Positions 1 through 10,146 of a stretch of DNA of 64,000 nucleotides are shown piece after piece. The stretch comes from a bacterium. Its GTDB lineage: Bacteria > UBA8248. The notes under the pieces were generated by a model. It made no database searches, was not told the DNA's origin, and saw nothing but the letters and a program-made list of their open reading frames with translations. Position 1 is the first letter of the stretch. Every line of letters begins with the position of its first letter. Location of the stretch: assembly GCA_965221165.1 (NCBI GenBank), contig CBDCRP010000003.1, positions 1,952,001-2,016,000 of the forward strand, written 5' to 3'. The translations under genes were made by a program, and so were the position numbers.

Positions 1-614
1 TGAAGATTCTGAAGATGCGGCGTAGCGGCAGACGCACTAGTTCCCTGGCCAGGACACGCAAAAGCCCGCCTCGAAGGCGGAGTTGAAGTCGGAGTGTTTC
101 GCTCTTCATGGGAGAATTTTACCAAGCAATGCCTGTGAGTGGAACACCGTACGCGTAGTTTCGGGTCGCCGAGGAATCTGTAGCGATAAAGGAGAAATCC
201 AGGGGGATGTCGTCTTCGTCATGGGCGCGGAAGACCCGAACAAAGAGGCGCACCCCCGAAAAAGCGGGGGTCGAGCAGCGCCTCCTCCGGAGCGCAGCGC
301 TCCCGATGCGAGGTGCGCAAGAGCGGCTCGCTCCCTCAAGCGTTGCCCGCCACATCCACATCCGTCTTTTGCCGGAACAAAGCCGCGCCCCCTGCGGCCA
401 GCCCCAAAGCGTGCAGCCAGGCAGGCCCCGGGAACAGGAGCAGGGATGCGCCTATCATCACGGTTCTCAGGCCTGGGTTCATGGGCAAGGAAATTTTCGC
501 TCGAAGGGGAAAATTGACGCGGCGCGGCAATGGGTTTAGTCTAGGAGGTGTTTTTCGACCTTCAGTCCTCGGCCCAAAAGCCGCCGGGAGAGGCCATTCA
601 TTCGGGGGGTCGCC

Positions 615-1130
615 ATGACGACCTTCTTTCAGACGCTCATACGTCCCGATCGGGAGGAAAGCGCCCAGCGCGCGGAAGTCGCCAAGGCGGCGAACCTGCT
701 GCAAGTGGGGGAGTTTCAGTTCTTACAACTCGCCTACAGCAAATGGCATTCCAAGGAGATGTCCGAGGAGCTCATCAACCGCCTGTTCATGGGCTATATG
801 CTCTACGATCAGGTGCCCTACTGGGCGCGGCACCATGCCCACCACATACTGGCCCTGGACGAACAAGGCGAACTGAACGAAAACGACCCCGCGTATCACA
901 GGTACGACAGGGATTACGGCAAAAAGCTCCCCCGGGACATCAAGCGCTTCATCGTGACCGCCGCCATCATGGTGTCGGTGATGACAGGAATCCTCTGGCT
1001 CAGCCATCTGGCCGCAGGGGAGAGCACCTCTTTTCTGCCGCCCTATTTCACGAAAAAAGAAATGAAGGCCATGGCGGAGAAGCGCAAAGTCGAGGAAACA
1101 TCCCTCGCGCCGGGCCGTTACAGCAGATAG
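615..1130 (+). CDS. Hypothetical protein with one C-terminal TM helix
   Basis: 171-aa ORF with ATG after GGGG RBS, GC3-rich codon usage and a hydrophobic segment FIVTAAIMVSVMTGILWL. Confidence 0.75.
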   Translation: MTTFFQTLIRPDREESAQRAEVAKAANLLQVGEFQFLQLAYSKWHSKEMSEELINRLFMGYMLYDQVPYWARHHAHHILALDEQGELNENDPAYHRYDRDYGKKLPRDIKRFIVTAAIMVSVMTGILWLSHLAAGESTSFLPPYFTKKEMKAMAEKRKVEETSLAPGRYSR

Positions 1131-1160
1131 CGTGGAACAAACTTTCTACACGAGGTCGTC

Positions 1161-1361
1161 ATGTTCGAATTCACAGGCGAGTATCAACAAGCCGTAAACT
1201 TCATCTTCCTGTTCACCACGGGCTTCATCGCCATCAAGGCCATCCGCACGCGCAATCCCGACGGCGGGTCGGATTTCATCCACCTGCTCTTCGGCTGCAT
1301 CGCCGCGGTGTTCTTCTTTCTGGTCCTGTTCCAGGACGTGCTCGGCGTCATCCGTTTCTAA
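1161..1361 (+). CDS. Small 2-TM membrane protein
   Basis: 66 aa, GAGG RBS, two hydrophobic stretches. Confidence 0.7.
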   Translation: MFEFTGEYQQAVNFIFLFTTGFIAIKAIRTRNPDGGSDFIHLLFGCIAAVFFFLVLFQDVLGVIRF

Positions 1362-1404
1362 CGTAAAGGACCACTGATACGCCGAGCCGTTTCGATACGA
1401 ATGC

Positions 1405-2058
1405 TCAGGGTTTGTGCATGCGCTGCTCCGCGTCGATTTCAGGCACGCGCAACAGGCGTTTTTCCGGCGGGAGCGCGAGTTGTTCTTTCAGGTATATGGC
1501 GCGCTTGCGCACAGAGGACGGGTTCGACGTGCCGTAGACCACCTTGTCGATGATGCCCGGCCCGTCCACCGCTCCCTGGTCGGTCTTGAGCGCCTCGATA
1601 TAATCGGCGAGCGCCTCCTTGTAGCGGCCCTTCGTGTCGTGGACGATGCCCCGGTTGGCGTATGCCGCCGCAATCGTGGCGGTGCCCGTCGCGTCGGTGA
1701 GGTCCAAGTTTTTCTTGAGATAATCTATGAGGTAGGTGAGTTCGGCCGAGGCCTTGTCGTATTGCTTCGTCTGGATGAACACCAGCGCGCGGCCCATCAG
1801 CGCGCCCCGGTGGTTGGGCCTCTCGCGCAGCGCCCGGTTGAAGCTCGACAGCGCTTCCTCGAAGTTCCTCTCGCTCAGCCGGATGTCGCCCTCGCGGGTG
1901 GCGTAATCCCCCGGCTGCTCGTCGGTATACATCTCCCACACCGCCCACGCGGAAAACATGACGAAGATGAGAATCGCCATGTTTTTGATAAAGCGCTTGA
2001 GCACTCGCGAACGAGGATCGCCTTGTTCTTGATGAAGCTCTTGGTTCATCAGGGTCAC
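1405..2058 (-). CDS. Membrane-anchored tetratricopeptide repeat protein
   Basis: N-terminal TM helix; TPR patterns ALSSFNRAL, ALMGRALVF, AYANRGIV..YKEALADYIEAL. Confidence 0.8.
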   Translation of the reverse strand: MTLMNQELHQEQGDPRSRVLKRFIKNMAILIFVMFSAWAVWEMYTDEQPGDYATREGDIRLSERNFEEALSSFNRALRERPNHRGALMGRALVFIQTKQYDKASAELTYLIDYLKKNLDLTDATGTATIAAAYANRGIVHDTKGRYKEALADYIEALKTDQGAVDGPGIIDKVVYGTSNPSSVRKRAIYLKEQLALPPEKRLLRVPEIDAEQRMHKP

Positions 2059-2288
2059 CGGAAAAGATGGTTCATGTAGAAATAGGCGAACACGAAGCAG
2101 AGCAGCAGCGCCGTCATGCCCGCGCGTTTTTTGAGCGCAAAGCGTTCTTCGTCCGAGCTCTCCTCCCCATCTTTTTCCGCGCGCCGGACGTAGAGCACCC
2201 AGATGAGCCTGCGCACGGGCAGGTACAGCGCGGCGACCATCGCGAGCGTCCAGAGCAGCGTGTATTTTGCGGTGAACAATTCAGCCAT
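2055..2288 (-). CDS. Small 2-TM membrane protein
   Basis: 77 aa, two hydrophobic helices, stop overlaps the TPR gene start. Confidence 0.7.
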   Translation of the reverse strand: MAELFTAKYTLLWTLAMVAALYLPVRRLIWVLYVRRAEKDGEESSDEERFALKKRAGMTALLLCFVFAYFYMNHLFR

Positions 2289-2383
2289 GGGGTCATTCAG
2301 CCATCAGGGCGGCGGAAAAACAACACGGGGGAGGAACTCGCGCTCCTCCCCCGCATGGCGATACTCTTACATCACGGTCTCGT

Positions 2384-4357
2384 CTAGGACGATCCCGCCT
2401 GCTGCGGAACCACGTCGCCGATGTCCTCCACGAGCGCCTCGATCTCCGTATCCGGCACCGTGGACATTTCCATCTTGTAGGCGAGCATCCACATCATACC
2501 CACGCCAAGGGCCCAGAAGAGAATCTGCCAGGCCCAAATAGAGGGCATGCCGAACGTCCATCCTGCCCGCCCCGCGTCGGGAGCGCCGAAGATCCAGTTG
2601 CCGATGACGGCGCCCGGGCCGATGCCGAAGAACATCCAGGCCAGCGTAACGCCCCATGCCACGGGTACGAGACCCTGTTTTTCCGGCGAGAGCGAAGCGT
2701 GCTCGGCCAGGAAGTCGTGGTACTTCTGCCGGTGGGCCGCCGACGCCGCGTCCTGCGTTTGCGCGGAGACGATCCAGCACACCGCCACGTTGAAGAGAAT
2801 GCCCCAGCCAGCGGAGTGAATCGTCCACGGCCAGCGGCCCCAGATGTCGATGCCGATTCCCTTGAGAATCGTCAGACCGAAGTTCTCCGTGAAGATGACG
2901 GCCAGCAGGCCGGCCGCCAGTCCCCAGGTGGCGCCTTGTCTCGTAATCTTCGGGTACCAGCAGACCGCCACCAACGGCGGCCACATCTGGAAGCCGAAGG
3001 CGACGGCAAGTCCTCCAAGCAACACCAGCGCGTCTCTTGAGAACGTCGCCACGAGTAGCGCTGAGACCACGATGATCAAAACGCCGATCCGTCCCGCAAC
3101 CTTCTGGGTTTCATGCGAGGCGCCGGGGTTCAGATACCTCTTGTACAGATCGCGGGTGAGCATGCCGCCCGCCGTGGACATGTACGCCGCCCCCGTGGAC
3201 TGCATGGCGGCCAGCGCGCAGACGGCCAGAAGACCGACCAGCCAGGGCGCCGCGTCCGCAATGTAGTTGAAATAGTACGGCACCAGCGAGTCGGGCTTTT
3301 TCGCAATGGACGCGGCGAGCACGTCCGATATCGCAAGTCCCGCTTTGGTCACCGCCGGGTTCGCACCGAGAAGATGCGCTCCCATTCCCTGGAACGCGGT
3401 GAAGAAGAACAGGATGAACCCGATGCCTGCCGAGGACGCCCAGACCTGCTGGGGCGCGAAGGGGCGCGGGTTGTTGTTCGAGAACGCCCACATGGAAAAC
3501 GCCGGGGAAGACTGGATACCCATGAGCGCGAACATGTAGGTCAGGCACATGACGCCCGTCCACAGACCTCCAACCGGGGTTTGCTTGCCCAGGCCGGCCG
3601 TGAACTGGATGACGCCGGGGATGGCGAAGTAGGCGTTGTAGTCGCCGCCGCCGTATCCTTTCGTCGTCCCCCACTTGCCCACCGAGGAGGCCGCCAATTT
3701 GGCGAGGCCATCGTTCAGAGGGCCCCATCCGCCTGCGATGTTCAGAGCGATGAAGCCCGTAATCATGATGCCCAGCGCGAGGAGAATACACTGGAGCGTA
3801 TCCACGTAGGCCACGGCGCGCAGACCTCCTGCCGCGACGTATATCAGCACGACGGCCGAGAGCAGCCACATGCCCACGTTGATGCTGAAAGCGCCATCGG
3901 TCAGCACGTTGAACAAGAAGCCCGAGGCTCCCAACTGCACGCCGAGGTAGGGAATCGAGAACAACAGGGCCACGATGACCGTGAGGATGCGAATCGCGTC
4001 CCCCTGGAAGTAGTCGGCGAACATTTCACCGGGCGTGACATATCCGTAGCGTTTGCCCAGCATCCACTGGCGCTTCAGGAATATCACCCCGGTAAAGGGG
4101 ATGGTGATGGTGTAGAAAGAAGCGTAGGCGTACTGGAAGCCGTCGCGATAGACGAGTCCCGGGTGTCCCATGAACGTCCATCCCGAAAACGACGTCGCCG
4201 TCGCCGCCAGGACGAACACCCACATCGATAGCTGGCGACCCGCGATAAAGTAGTCACCAGCCGTTCTCGCCATTTGCGCGCACTTGAGGCCCCAGAAGAT
4301 ACAGTAGGCCCAATAGAGCACGACGAAGGCGAACAACCAGAAAATCTTGGCATTCAT
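2384..4357 (-). CDS. Sodium:solute symporter (SSS) family transporter
   Basis: DYFIAGRQL, TATSFSGWTFMGHPG, GGLRAVAYVD and ALAAMQST motifs; many TM helices; AGGAGG RBS. Confidence 0.92.
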   Translation of the reverse strand: MNAKIFWLFAFVVLYWAYCIFWGLKCAQMARTAGDYFIAGRQLSMWVFVLAATATSFSGWTFMGHPGLVYRDGFQYAYASFYTITIPFTGVIFLKRQWMLGKRYGYVTPGEMFADYFQGDAIRILTVIVALLFSIPYLGVQLGASGFLFNVLTDGAFSINVGMWLLSAVVLIYVAAGGLRAVAYVDTLQCILLALGIMITGFIALNIAGGWGPLNDGLAKLAASSVGKWGTTKGYGGGDYNAYFAIPGVIQFTAGLGKQTPVGGLWTGVMCLTYMFALMGIQSSPAFSMWAFSNNNPRPFAPQQVWASSAGIGFILFFFTAFQGMGAHLLGANPAVTKAGLAISDVLAASIAKKPDSLVPYYFNYIADAAPWLVGLLAVCALAAMQSTGAAYMSTAGGMLTRDLYKRYLNPGASHETQKVAGRIGVLIIVVSALLVATFSRDALVLLGGLAVAFGFQMWPPLVAVCWYPKITRQGATWGLAAGLLAVIFTENFGLTILKGIGIDIWGRWPWTIHSAGWGILFNVAVCWIVSAQTQDAASAAHRQKYHDFLAEHASLSPEKQGLVPVAWGVTLAWMFFGIGPGAVIGNWIFGAPDAGRAGWTFGMPSIWAWQILFWALGVGMMWMLAYKMEMSTVPDTEIEALVEDIGDVVPQQAGSS

Positions 4358-5003
4358 CTAAGCGCCTCCTTATTGATAGGAACCAACCCAACTATGCCGC
4401 ACACACTGAACGCGGGATTTGGAAACCGCATCCCGCGCTGCAAACATTGAGCATCCTCCGATAAAGATTCCTCCCTCGTTACGATACTGCTAAACATGCA
4501 CAGGGCGAAATTTTTATTGGCGCATATCTAAATACGGTCTTTAAATATATCGCGTATTGTAACCTTTTCGTAACAAAATGCAAAACACAAAAAAACGGAG
4601 TACTTTCCCGGAATCCTCCATATAGCGTTATTTCCTGCAAATTCAATCCTCTCGCGAGAGGGTGGTCGGTGGAAGATTTCCCGGCGAGCGGCTTCTTTTT
4701 CACGGGTGAATCAGGTGAAATCCTTACATGGGCGAGGGGAGCGATGCCAGACGCCAACAAGTGGCACGCGCCGGAACGATGAAGACCGTATGCGTATTGT
4801 AGAAGCATATCCCAAGAAGAAGCAAGGGGGGTTTTGGGGGGGGGGGGAGGTGAACTTTATCTCTCACACTTTCGCGTCCATTCATGCCATTACCTTGGTG
4901 CTACCCATACGATTTGGATTTCATCAAAACCACATTGTGGTTGCTCAACCAAATAAATCAGGCTACATTCCAAGGAGATGTAAATATTGTCGATACGAGA
5001 GAG

Positions 5004-5435
5004 ATGATGGCAAGCGTTCACGATGTAAGTAAATATATCCTGAAAAAAAGCGGACCTCTGACTACCTGGAAGCTGCAAAAACTCGTTTATTATTGCCAGG
5101 CGTGGTCATTGGTGTGGGATGAGACTCCTTTGTTCCAAGCGAGAATCGAAGCCTGGGCGAATGGTCCCGTAGTGCCTGAATTGTATCGCTTTCATAAGGG
5201 CAAGTTTCAGGTTTCCGATTGGCCGCGCGGGAAAATCGGCAATCTTACGAAGGATGAAAAGGAAACCATAGACGCCGTTCTTGAATACTATGGCGACAAA
5301 CCTTCTCAATGGCTCAAGGATTTGACCCACCTCGAAGCGCCATGGAAGGATGCCAGAAAAGGCATTCCACCGGGCGAGCGCAGTACGAACCCGATTTCTC
5401 ACGAATCAATTTTCGAATACTACGACAGTCTCTAG
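5004..5435 (+). CDS. Panacea-domain (DUF4065/SocA/GepA-like) antitoxin
   Basis: KLQKLVYY, IEAWANGPVVPELY and LTHLEAPW motifs; start at ATG 5004/5007 preferred over the 4884 ORF start. Confidence 0.85.
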   Translation: MMASVHDVSKYILKKSGPLTTWKLQKLVYYCQAWSLVWDETPLFQARIEAWANGPVVPELYRFHKGKFQVSDWPRGKIGNLTKDEKETIDAVLEYYGDKPSQWLKDLTHLEAPWKDARKGIPPGERSTNPISHESIFEYYDSL

Positions 5436-5457
5436 TTCCATCATTTCATAGATGACC

Positions 5458-5607
5458 ATGTCGAAACGGGTACGCCGGCGGGAACAGCCATCTACGGGAA
5501 AAACGCCCAAGACTGCCGAAAATCCAGACTTTGGAGGTTACTCTCCGCTTCGCATTCTTCACCTCCGAGACCTTTCCCATGCCTTGTATTTTTCGTTTGC
5601 CTCCTGA
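5458..5607 (+). pseudogene. Probable truncated toxin partner of the Panacea antitoxin
   Basis: 49-aa ORF MSKRVRRREQPSTGKTPKTAENPD starting about 20 nt after the antitoxin stop; runs into the convergent gene. Confidence 0.35.
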
Positions 5608-5936
5608 AGCAAGTCCATTTCCCTTAATTCAAGCGCTTCAACACCTCCAAGAGTAATGGCCCATTGACCATTGTTTTTTGTCAAAAACCCCGCTTTTACA
5701 AACTCGGTGCTTCTTATAAAAGAACCTTCCCATCTGGGATAACGCCTTGTCGTCCCAATAATTTCCGTCTCCAATTCGGTTAGGGTAGGCCCAATCCTTT
5801 CCTCCACAAGCTCCATTACCCTCTTCCGGGGAAGAGAACCGCCATTCTCACGAAGGACGCTGAGCGCGGCGTAAAGAACCTTCGCATCCGTCGCTTTAAT
5901 GTTCAGCTTTCCGCGTTCTGAAGACGCCATAACCAA
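5559..5936 (-). CDS. Stand-alone Mrr N-terminal (winged-helix) domain protein
   Basis: LRENGGSLP..YPRWE..FVKAGFLTKNNGQWAIT..G resembles Mrr_N; no nuclease domain follows. Confidence 0.65.
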   Translation of the reverse strand: MVMASSERGKLNIKATDAKVLYAALSVLRENGGSLPRKRVMELVEERIGPTLTELETEIIGTTRRYPRWEGSFIRSTEFVKAGFLTKNNGQWAITLGGVEALELREMDLLQEANEKYKAWERSRR

Positions 5937-5994
5937 CCCCCCTTTTTAGCTTCACACGAAAAATCGCGCCGCTAGGCACCCCCCCCCACGAACC

Positions 5995-6022
5995 AAAAAA
6001 GCCGGGGCCTGATGGCCCCGGC
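5995..6022 (-). terminator. Rho-independent terminator of tRNA-Arg
   Basis: Perfect 9-bp stem GCCGGGGCC/GGCCCCGGC followed by T6 on the minus strand. Confidence 0.85.
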
Positions 6023-6035
6023 CTCTTATAATAGA

Positions 6036-6112
<77 letters not shown>

Positions 6113-6277
6113 TCGCCGTTTCTTTTATAGCCTGCAAGACGCGCACCTTGCAAACAAAAGCGGAGAAACTACCCCCTGCCGGAACTCGAAGTCAAGGAGC
6201 GGCGCGCTCTTTCATCCTCCTCCCGATGGCGGGGTCTGCGCCTGTGCCCCGGATGCGAAAAGTTTTCCCGCGCGCGC

Positions 6278-6307
6278 TTGAAAAAACATCCGCTTATCCT
6301 TTAGACT
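6278..6307 (+). promoter_or_regulatory. Putative sigma70 promoter of the cox operon
   Basis: TTGAAA-18 nt-TAGACT upstream of coxB. Confidence 0.4.
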
Positions 6308-6410
6308 CGCCTTGCGTTTATTACGGCAACCATTTATTTTTCGCGGTTTCGGGGGAATGTGACGCCCCGATCCACTTTTCACAAGGCAAGCACCGGAGGA
6401 TACGCTTCTC

Positions 6411-7079
6411 ATGATGAGTTGGCTCCCGGAGAACATTTCTCTCGAAGGAGAGGAAATCGACTTTCTCTTCTATATCTCCTACTATCTGACGGCGGTCGTC
6501 TTCATCCTGGTCGCCGCCGCGATGATCTATTTCCTCATCAAATACCGCGCCAAACCGGGCGTGAAGGCGAAATACGTGCACGGCAACAACACCCTGGAGA
6601 TTCTCTGGACGGTGATTCCCGCCTTCATCCTGCTCGTATTCGTCCTGATGACACAGACCTCCTGGGCGAAGCTCAAGCTGGCGATTCCCCAGAACCCCCA
6701 CGTGCGCGTCGAGGTGACCGGCAAGCAGTTCAACTGGATCGTGCGCTACCCCGGAGACGACGACAAATTCGGCACCAAGGACGACCTCGTGCTCGACAAC
6801 CAGTTGAACGTGCCGGTGAACAAGCAGGTGCTCATCTCGCTGAAAGGAACCGACGTCATCCATAGCTTCTTCATTCCGCATACCCGCATGAAGCAGGACG
6901 TGGTTCCGGGCCGGACGATTCCGCTGTGGTTCACGCCGATCAAGACGGGCAAATACGAGATACCGTGCGCCGAGCTTTGCGGCTTCGGGCATTCGGGCAT
7001 GAAAGGGGAACTCGTCGTTCATTCGGCGGCGGACTATGCGAAATGGCGCAAGGAGGCCTGGGAGAACAAGGATAAATAG
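6411..7079 (+). CDS. coxB: Cytochrome c oxidase subunit II
   Basis: LEILWTVIP, DVIHSFF and CuA motif CAELCGFGHSGM; no fused cytochrome c domain. Confidence 0.96.
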   Translation: MMSWLPENISLEGEEIDFLFYISYYLTAVVFILVAAAMIYFLIKYRAKPGVKAKYVHGNNTLEILWTVIPAFILLVFVLMTQTSWAKLKLAIPQNPHVRVEVTGKQFNWIVRYPGDDDKFGTKDDLVLDNQLNVPVNKQVLISLKGTDVIHSFFIPHTRMKQDVVPGRTIPLWFTPIKTGKYEIPCAELCGFGHSGMKGELVVHSAADYAKWRKEAWENKDK

Positions 7080-7206
7080 ACGCTATCCATAAGCGCTGTA
7101 TTACATGAGAGCCATGAGGGCGTAAAAGTCCTCGTTCATATCTTGAAACGTGTCGGAAGGAAGAAAAAGTCTTTCGTCCTTTAATCTACGAGGGATGCAG
7201 GAAACC

Positions 7207-9168
7207 ATGAGTGAAACCACGGCAGATGCACACGGCGCTCACGTCCACCACGAGGGTGGATTCTGGAGCACATACGTCTTCTCGACGGATCACAAGATGA
7301 TCGCCAAGCAGTTCCTTTGGCTCGGCCTCATCATGATGGTCGTCGGCGGAATCCTCGCCCTGATCTTCCGCTGGCAGCTCGCCTGGCCGGAAACCCAGGT
7401 CTGGGGCTTCGAGTGGATATCGGACGAGAGCGACGGGATGCCCGAGGGCTACGTCACGCCGAGCTTCTACAACATGGCGGTCACCATGCACGCGACGATC
7501 ATGGTATTCCTCGTCGTGATGCCGATTCTGGTGGGCTGTTTCGGGAACTTCCTCATCCCCCTGATGATCGGCGCGCGCGACATGGCGTTCCCGCTGCTGA
7601 ACATGCTTTCGTTCTGGGTCGCCGTTCTGGGCGCCGTCATCATGACCGCGGGATTCCTGGTCGAGGGAGGACACGCCGCTTCCGGCTGGACCGGCTACGC
7701 GCCCTTATCCACCGTGCCGGAATACACCGGCGTCTTCATGGGACAGACGTTATGGGCGATGAGTCTGTTCGTGCTGAGCTTCTCCTCCCTCATGGGGTCG
7801 ATCAACTACATCACCACGCTCATCAACATGCGCACGGAGGGCATGACCTGGTTCCGGGTGCCGCTCGTCGTGTGGTCTTTGTTCGTCACGGCCATCCTCG
7901 GCCTGCTGGCGCTGCCCATCCTGGGCTCCGCGGGCGCGATGATGATCTTCGATCGCGTGTTCGAGACGAACTTCTTCAACCCTCTCAAAGGAGGCGAACC
8001 CCTCCTGTGGCAGCACCTGTTCTGGTACTTCGGCCATCCTGAGGTCTACATCCTCATTCTGCCGGGCATGGGAATCGCCTCGGAACTTCTGAGCGTTTAC
8101 TGCAGAAAACCGATCTTCGGCTACCGCGCCATGGTGTACTCCATGCTCTCCATCGCCTTCTTGTCGTGGATCGTATGGGGCCACCACATGTTCCAGTCCG
8201 GCATGAACCCCGCCCTGGGGTCGGCCTTCATGATGACGACGCTCGTCATCGCGATACCCTCGGCGATCAAGACATTCAACTGGCTGGGCACCCTCTGGGG
8301 CGCCTCGATTCGCTTCACCGTACCGATGCTCCACGCCCTGGCCTTCGTCATTCTGTTCGTCATCGGCGGGTTGAGCGGCATATTCATGGCCTCGAACGTG
8401 GTGGACATCTACATTCACGACACGTATTTCATCGTGGCGCATTTCCACTACGTCATCTTCGGCGGCAGCGTCTTCGCGCTCTTCGGCGGCATACAGCACT
8501 GGTTCCCGAAAATGTTCGGAAAAGCCATGGACGAGGCGCTGGGCAAGGTGCACTTTTGGCTCACGTTCATCTTCTTCAACATGGTGTTCTTCCCGATGCA
8601 CATCCTAGGCGTGGGCGGCCACATGCGGCGCATCTACAACCCCATGCAGTATGAATTCTTACAAGGCATGCAGCCGATGAACGTGATGATCACCCTCTCG
8701 GCCCTGGCCCTGGGACTCTCGCAGATTCCCTTCGTGTTCAATTTCTTCGCCACCGTCTTCCGCTGGAACGCGAGGTGGTTCCGGGTTCTCACCCAGGCGG
8801 TTTCGGCCCTCGTCGTCGGCTTCATCGGCTACAAGAGCACGGCGGCGTTGATAGAGGGCTTCATGGAGCCCGAACCCTCCACGGGCGGACGCATTCTCGG
8901 CGCGATCGTCTTCGTCGTTCTGGCGGCCTTGATATACCGCTATCTGGAGAAGAACATGGCCCCGCTGGGAGCCGACGCGCCCCAGAATCCATGGGACGCC
9001 AACACGCTCGAATGGGTCGCGCCCACGCCAGCGCCTCACGGCAACTTCGGCCCCACGCTGCCTGTGGTCCGGCGCGGGCCCTATGAATACAGCGTCCCCG
9101 GCGAGAGCGCGGACTGGGCGCCGCAGACGGAAGCCATAGACCCTGCGCTCGCCGAATCCGGACACTAG
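7207..9168 (+). CDS. coxA: Cytochrome c oxidase subunit I (A1 type)
   Basis: DHK, MHATIM, DMAFP, FGHPEVY, WGHH, VAHFHY and RR motifs; start at ATG 7207 preferred. Confidence 0.97.
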   Translation: MSETTADAHGAHVHHEGGFWSTYVFSTDHKMIAKQFLWLGLIMMVVGGILALIFRWQLAWPETQVWGFEWISDESDGMPEGYVTPSFYNMAVTMHATIMVFLVVMPILVGCFGNFLIPLMIGARDMAFPLLNMLSFWVAVLGAVIMTAGFLVEGGHAASGWTGYAPLSTVPEYTGVFMGQTLWAMSLFVLSFSSLMGSINYITTLINMRTEGMTWFRVPLVVWSLFVTAILGLLALPILGSAGAMMIFDRVFETNFFNPLKGGEPLLWQHLFWYFGHPEVYILILPGMGIASELLSVYCRKPIFGYRAMVYSMLSIAFLSWIVWGHHMFQSGMNPALGSAFMMTTLVIAIPSAIKTFNWLGTLWGASIRFTVPMLHALAFVILFVIGGLSGIFMASNVVDIYIHDTYFIVAHFHYVIFGGSVFALFGGIQHWFPKMFGKAMDEALGKVHFWLTFIFFNMVFFPMHILGVGGHMRRIYNPMQYEFLQGMQPMNVMITLSALALGLSQIPFVFNFFATVFRWNARWFRVLTQAVSALVVGFIGYKSTAALIEGFMEPEPSTGGRILGAIVFVVLAALIYRYLEKNMAPLGADAPQNPWDANTLEWVAPTPAPHGNFGPTLPVVRRGPYEYSVPGESADWAPQTEAIDPALAESGH

Positions 9169-9201
9169 TTCCGAAGCACGCTACCCCGGGAGAGAACGCG
9201 C

Positions 9202-10146
9202 ATGGCATCTACCCGCCGCGACGGCCTCCCCGCCACGAACGGGGGAGTCTGGCCGCATCGTTTCGCCCTGCTCACCTGCATCTTCACCGTCGCCCTCATT
9301 CTCGCCGGCGGCCTGGTGACGAGCACGGGTTCGGGTCTGGCCGTTCCCGACTGGCCCACCACGTTCGGCTACAACATGTTCCTCTTCCCGTGGTCGAAGA
9401 TGGTGGGCGGCATCTTCATCGAACACTCACACCGCCTGCTCGGCTCGCTGGTCGGGCTCCTCACCATTCTGACGGCCGCCTCCATCTGGAAAACGGATGA
9501 GCGCAAATGGATGCGCAGGCTGGGCGCGTTCGCGGTCGGCCTGGTGATTTTGCAGGGCGTGCTCGGCGGCATGCGGGTGGTGCTCATCAAACTCAACCTG
9601 GCCATCGTCCACGCCTGCGTCGCCCAGATTTTCTTCGGCCTCATGGTGAGCATGGCTCTGTTCACTTCTCGCGGCTGGCGGGAGGATACCGGAGAAATGG
9701 GCGATAAGAGCCTGGCGAGATTGAGTCTCATCACGGTCTTGCTGCTCTACGTCCAGATCATCTTCGGCGCGGTGCTCCGCCACACCGGAAACAGGCTGGA
9801 CGCCCACCTGCTCTTCGCCGTTTTGAGCAGCGTACACGTCATCCTCCTCGCCTACCGGGTATTGAAGCTGCCGAACCCCGGCGCGCTCGCGAAAGAGGCG
9901 AACTGCCTCTGGGTCTTGCTGCTCGTACAACTCGCGCTCGGCGGCGCTTCGTGGTTCGGAAAATACGCCGCCCTGGGCGACGCCTTCACTCCCGGCCTCA
10001 TCATCGCGCTCACGTCTTCGCACGTCGTGGTGGGAGCGATGCTGTTCGCGACTTCGCTCGTCGTGGCCCTTCGTCTTAATACAGGCGCTTTGTTTGCCTT
10101 CAAGACCCCCGAAGCGCCGGTTGCGGCGGGAGGTGCTCGCGCATGA
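9202..10146 (+). CDS. ctaA: Heme A synthase (COX15/CtaA), Cys-less type
   Basis: GSGLAVPDWP, EHSHR, QGVLGG, multiple TM helices, position in the cox operon. Confidence 0.88.
   Translation: MASTRRDGLPATNGGVWPHRFALLTCIFTVALILAGGLVTSTGSGLAVPDWPTTFGYNMFLFPWSKMVGGIFIEHSHRLLGSLVGLLTILTAASIWKTDERKWMRRLGAFAVGLVILQGVLGGMRVVLIKLNLAIVHACVAQIFFGLMVSMALFTSRGWREDTGEMGDKSLARLSLITVLLLYVQIIFGAVLRHTGNRLDAHLLFAVLSSVHVILLAYRVLKLPNPGALAKEANCLWVLLLVQLALGGASWFGKYAALGDAFTPGLIIALTSSHVVVGAMLFATSLVVALRLNTGALFAFKTPEAPVAAGGARA

Noticed and set aside
83-600. Several overlapping ORFs and hairpins at the window start
   Set aside because: No ORF has recognisable motifs and no RNA family could be recognised
6358-6383. TGTGA...TCACA upstream of coxB as a CRP/FNR/Rex site
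   Set aside because: Spacing of 16 nt does not fit the 4-6 nt of these motifs
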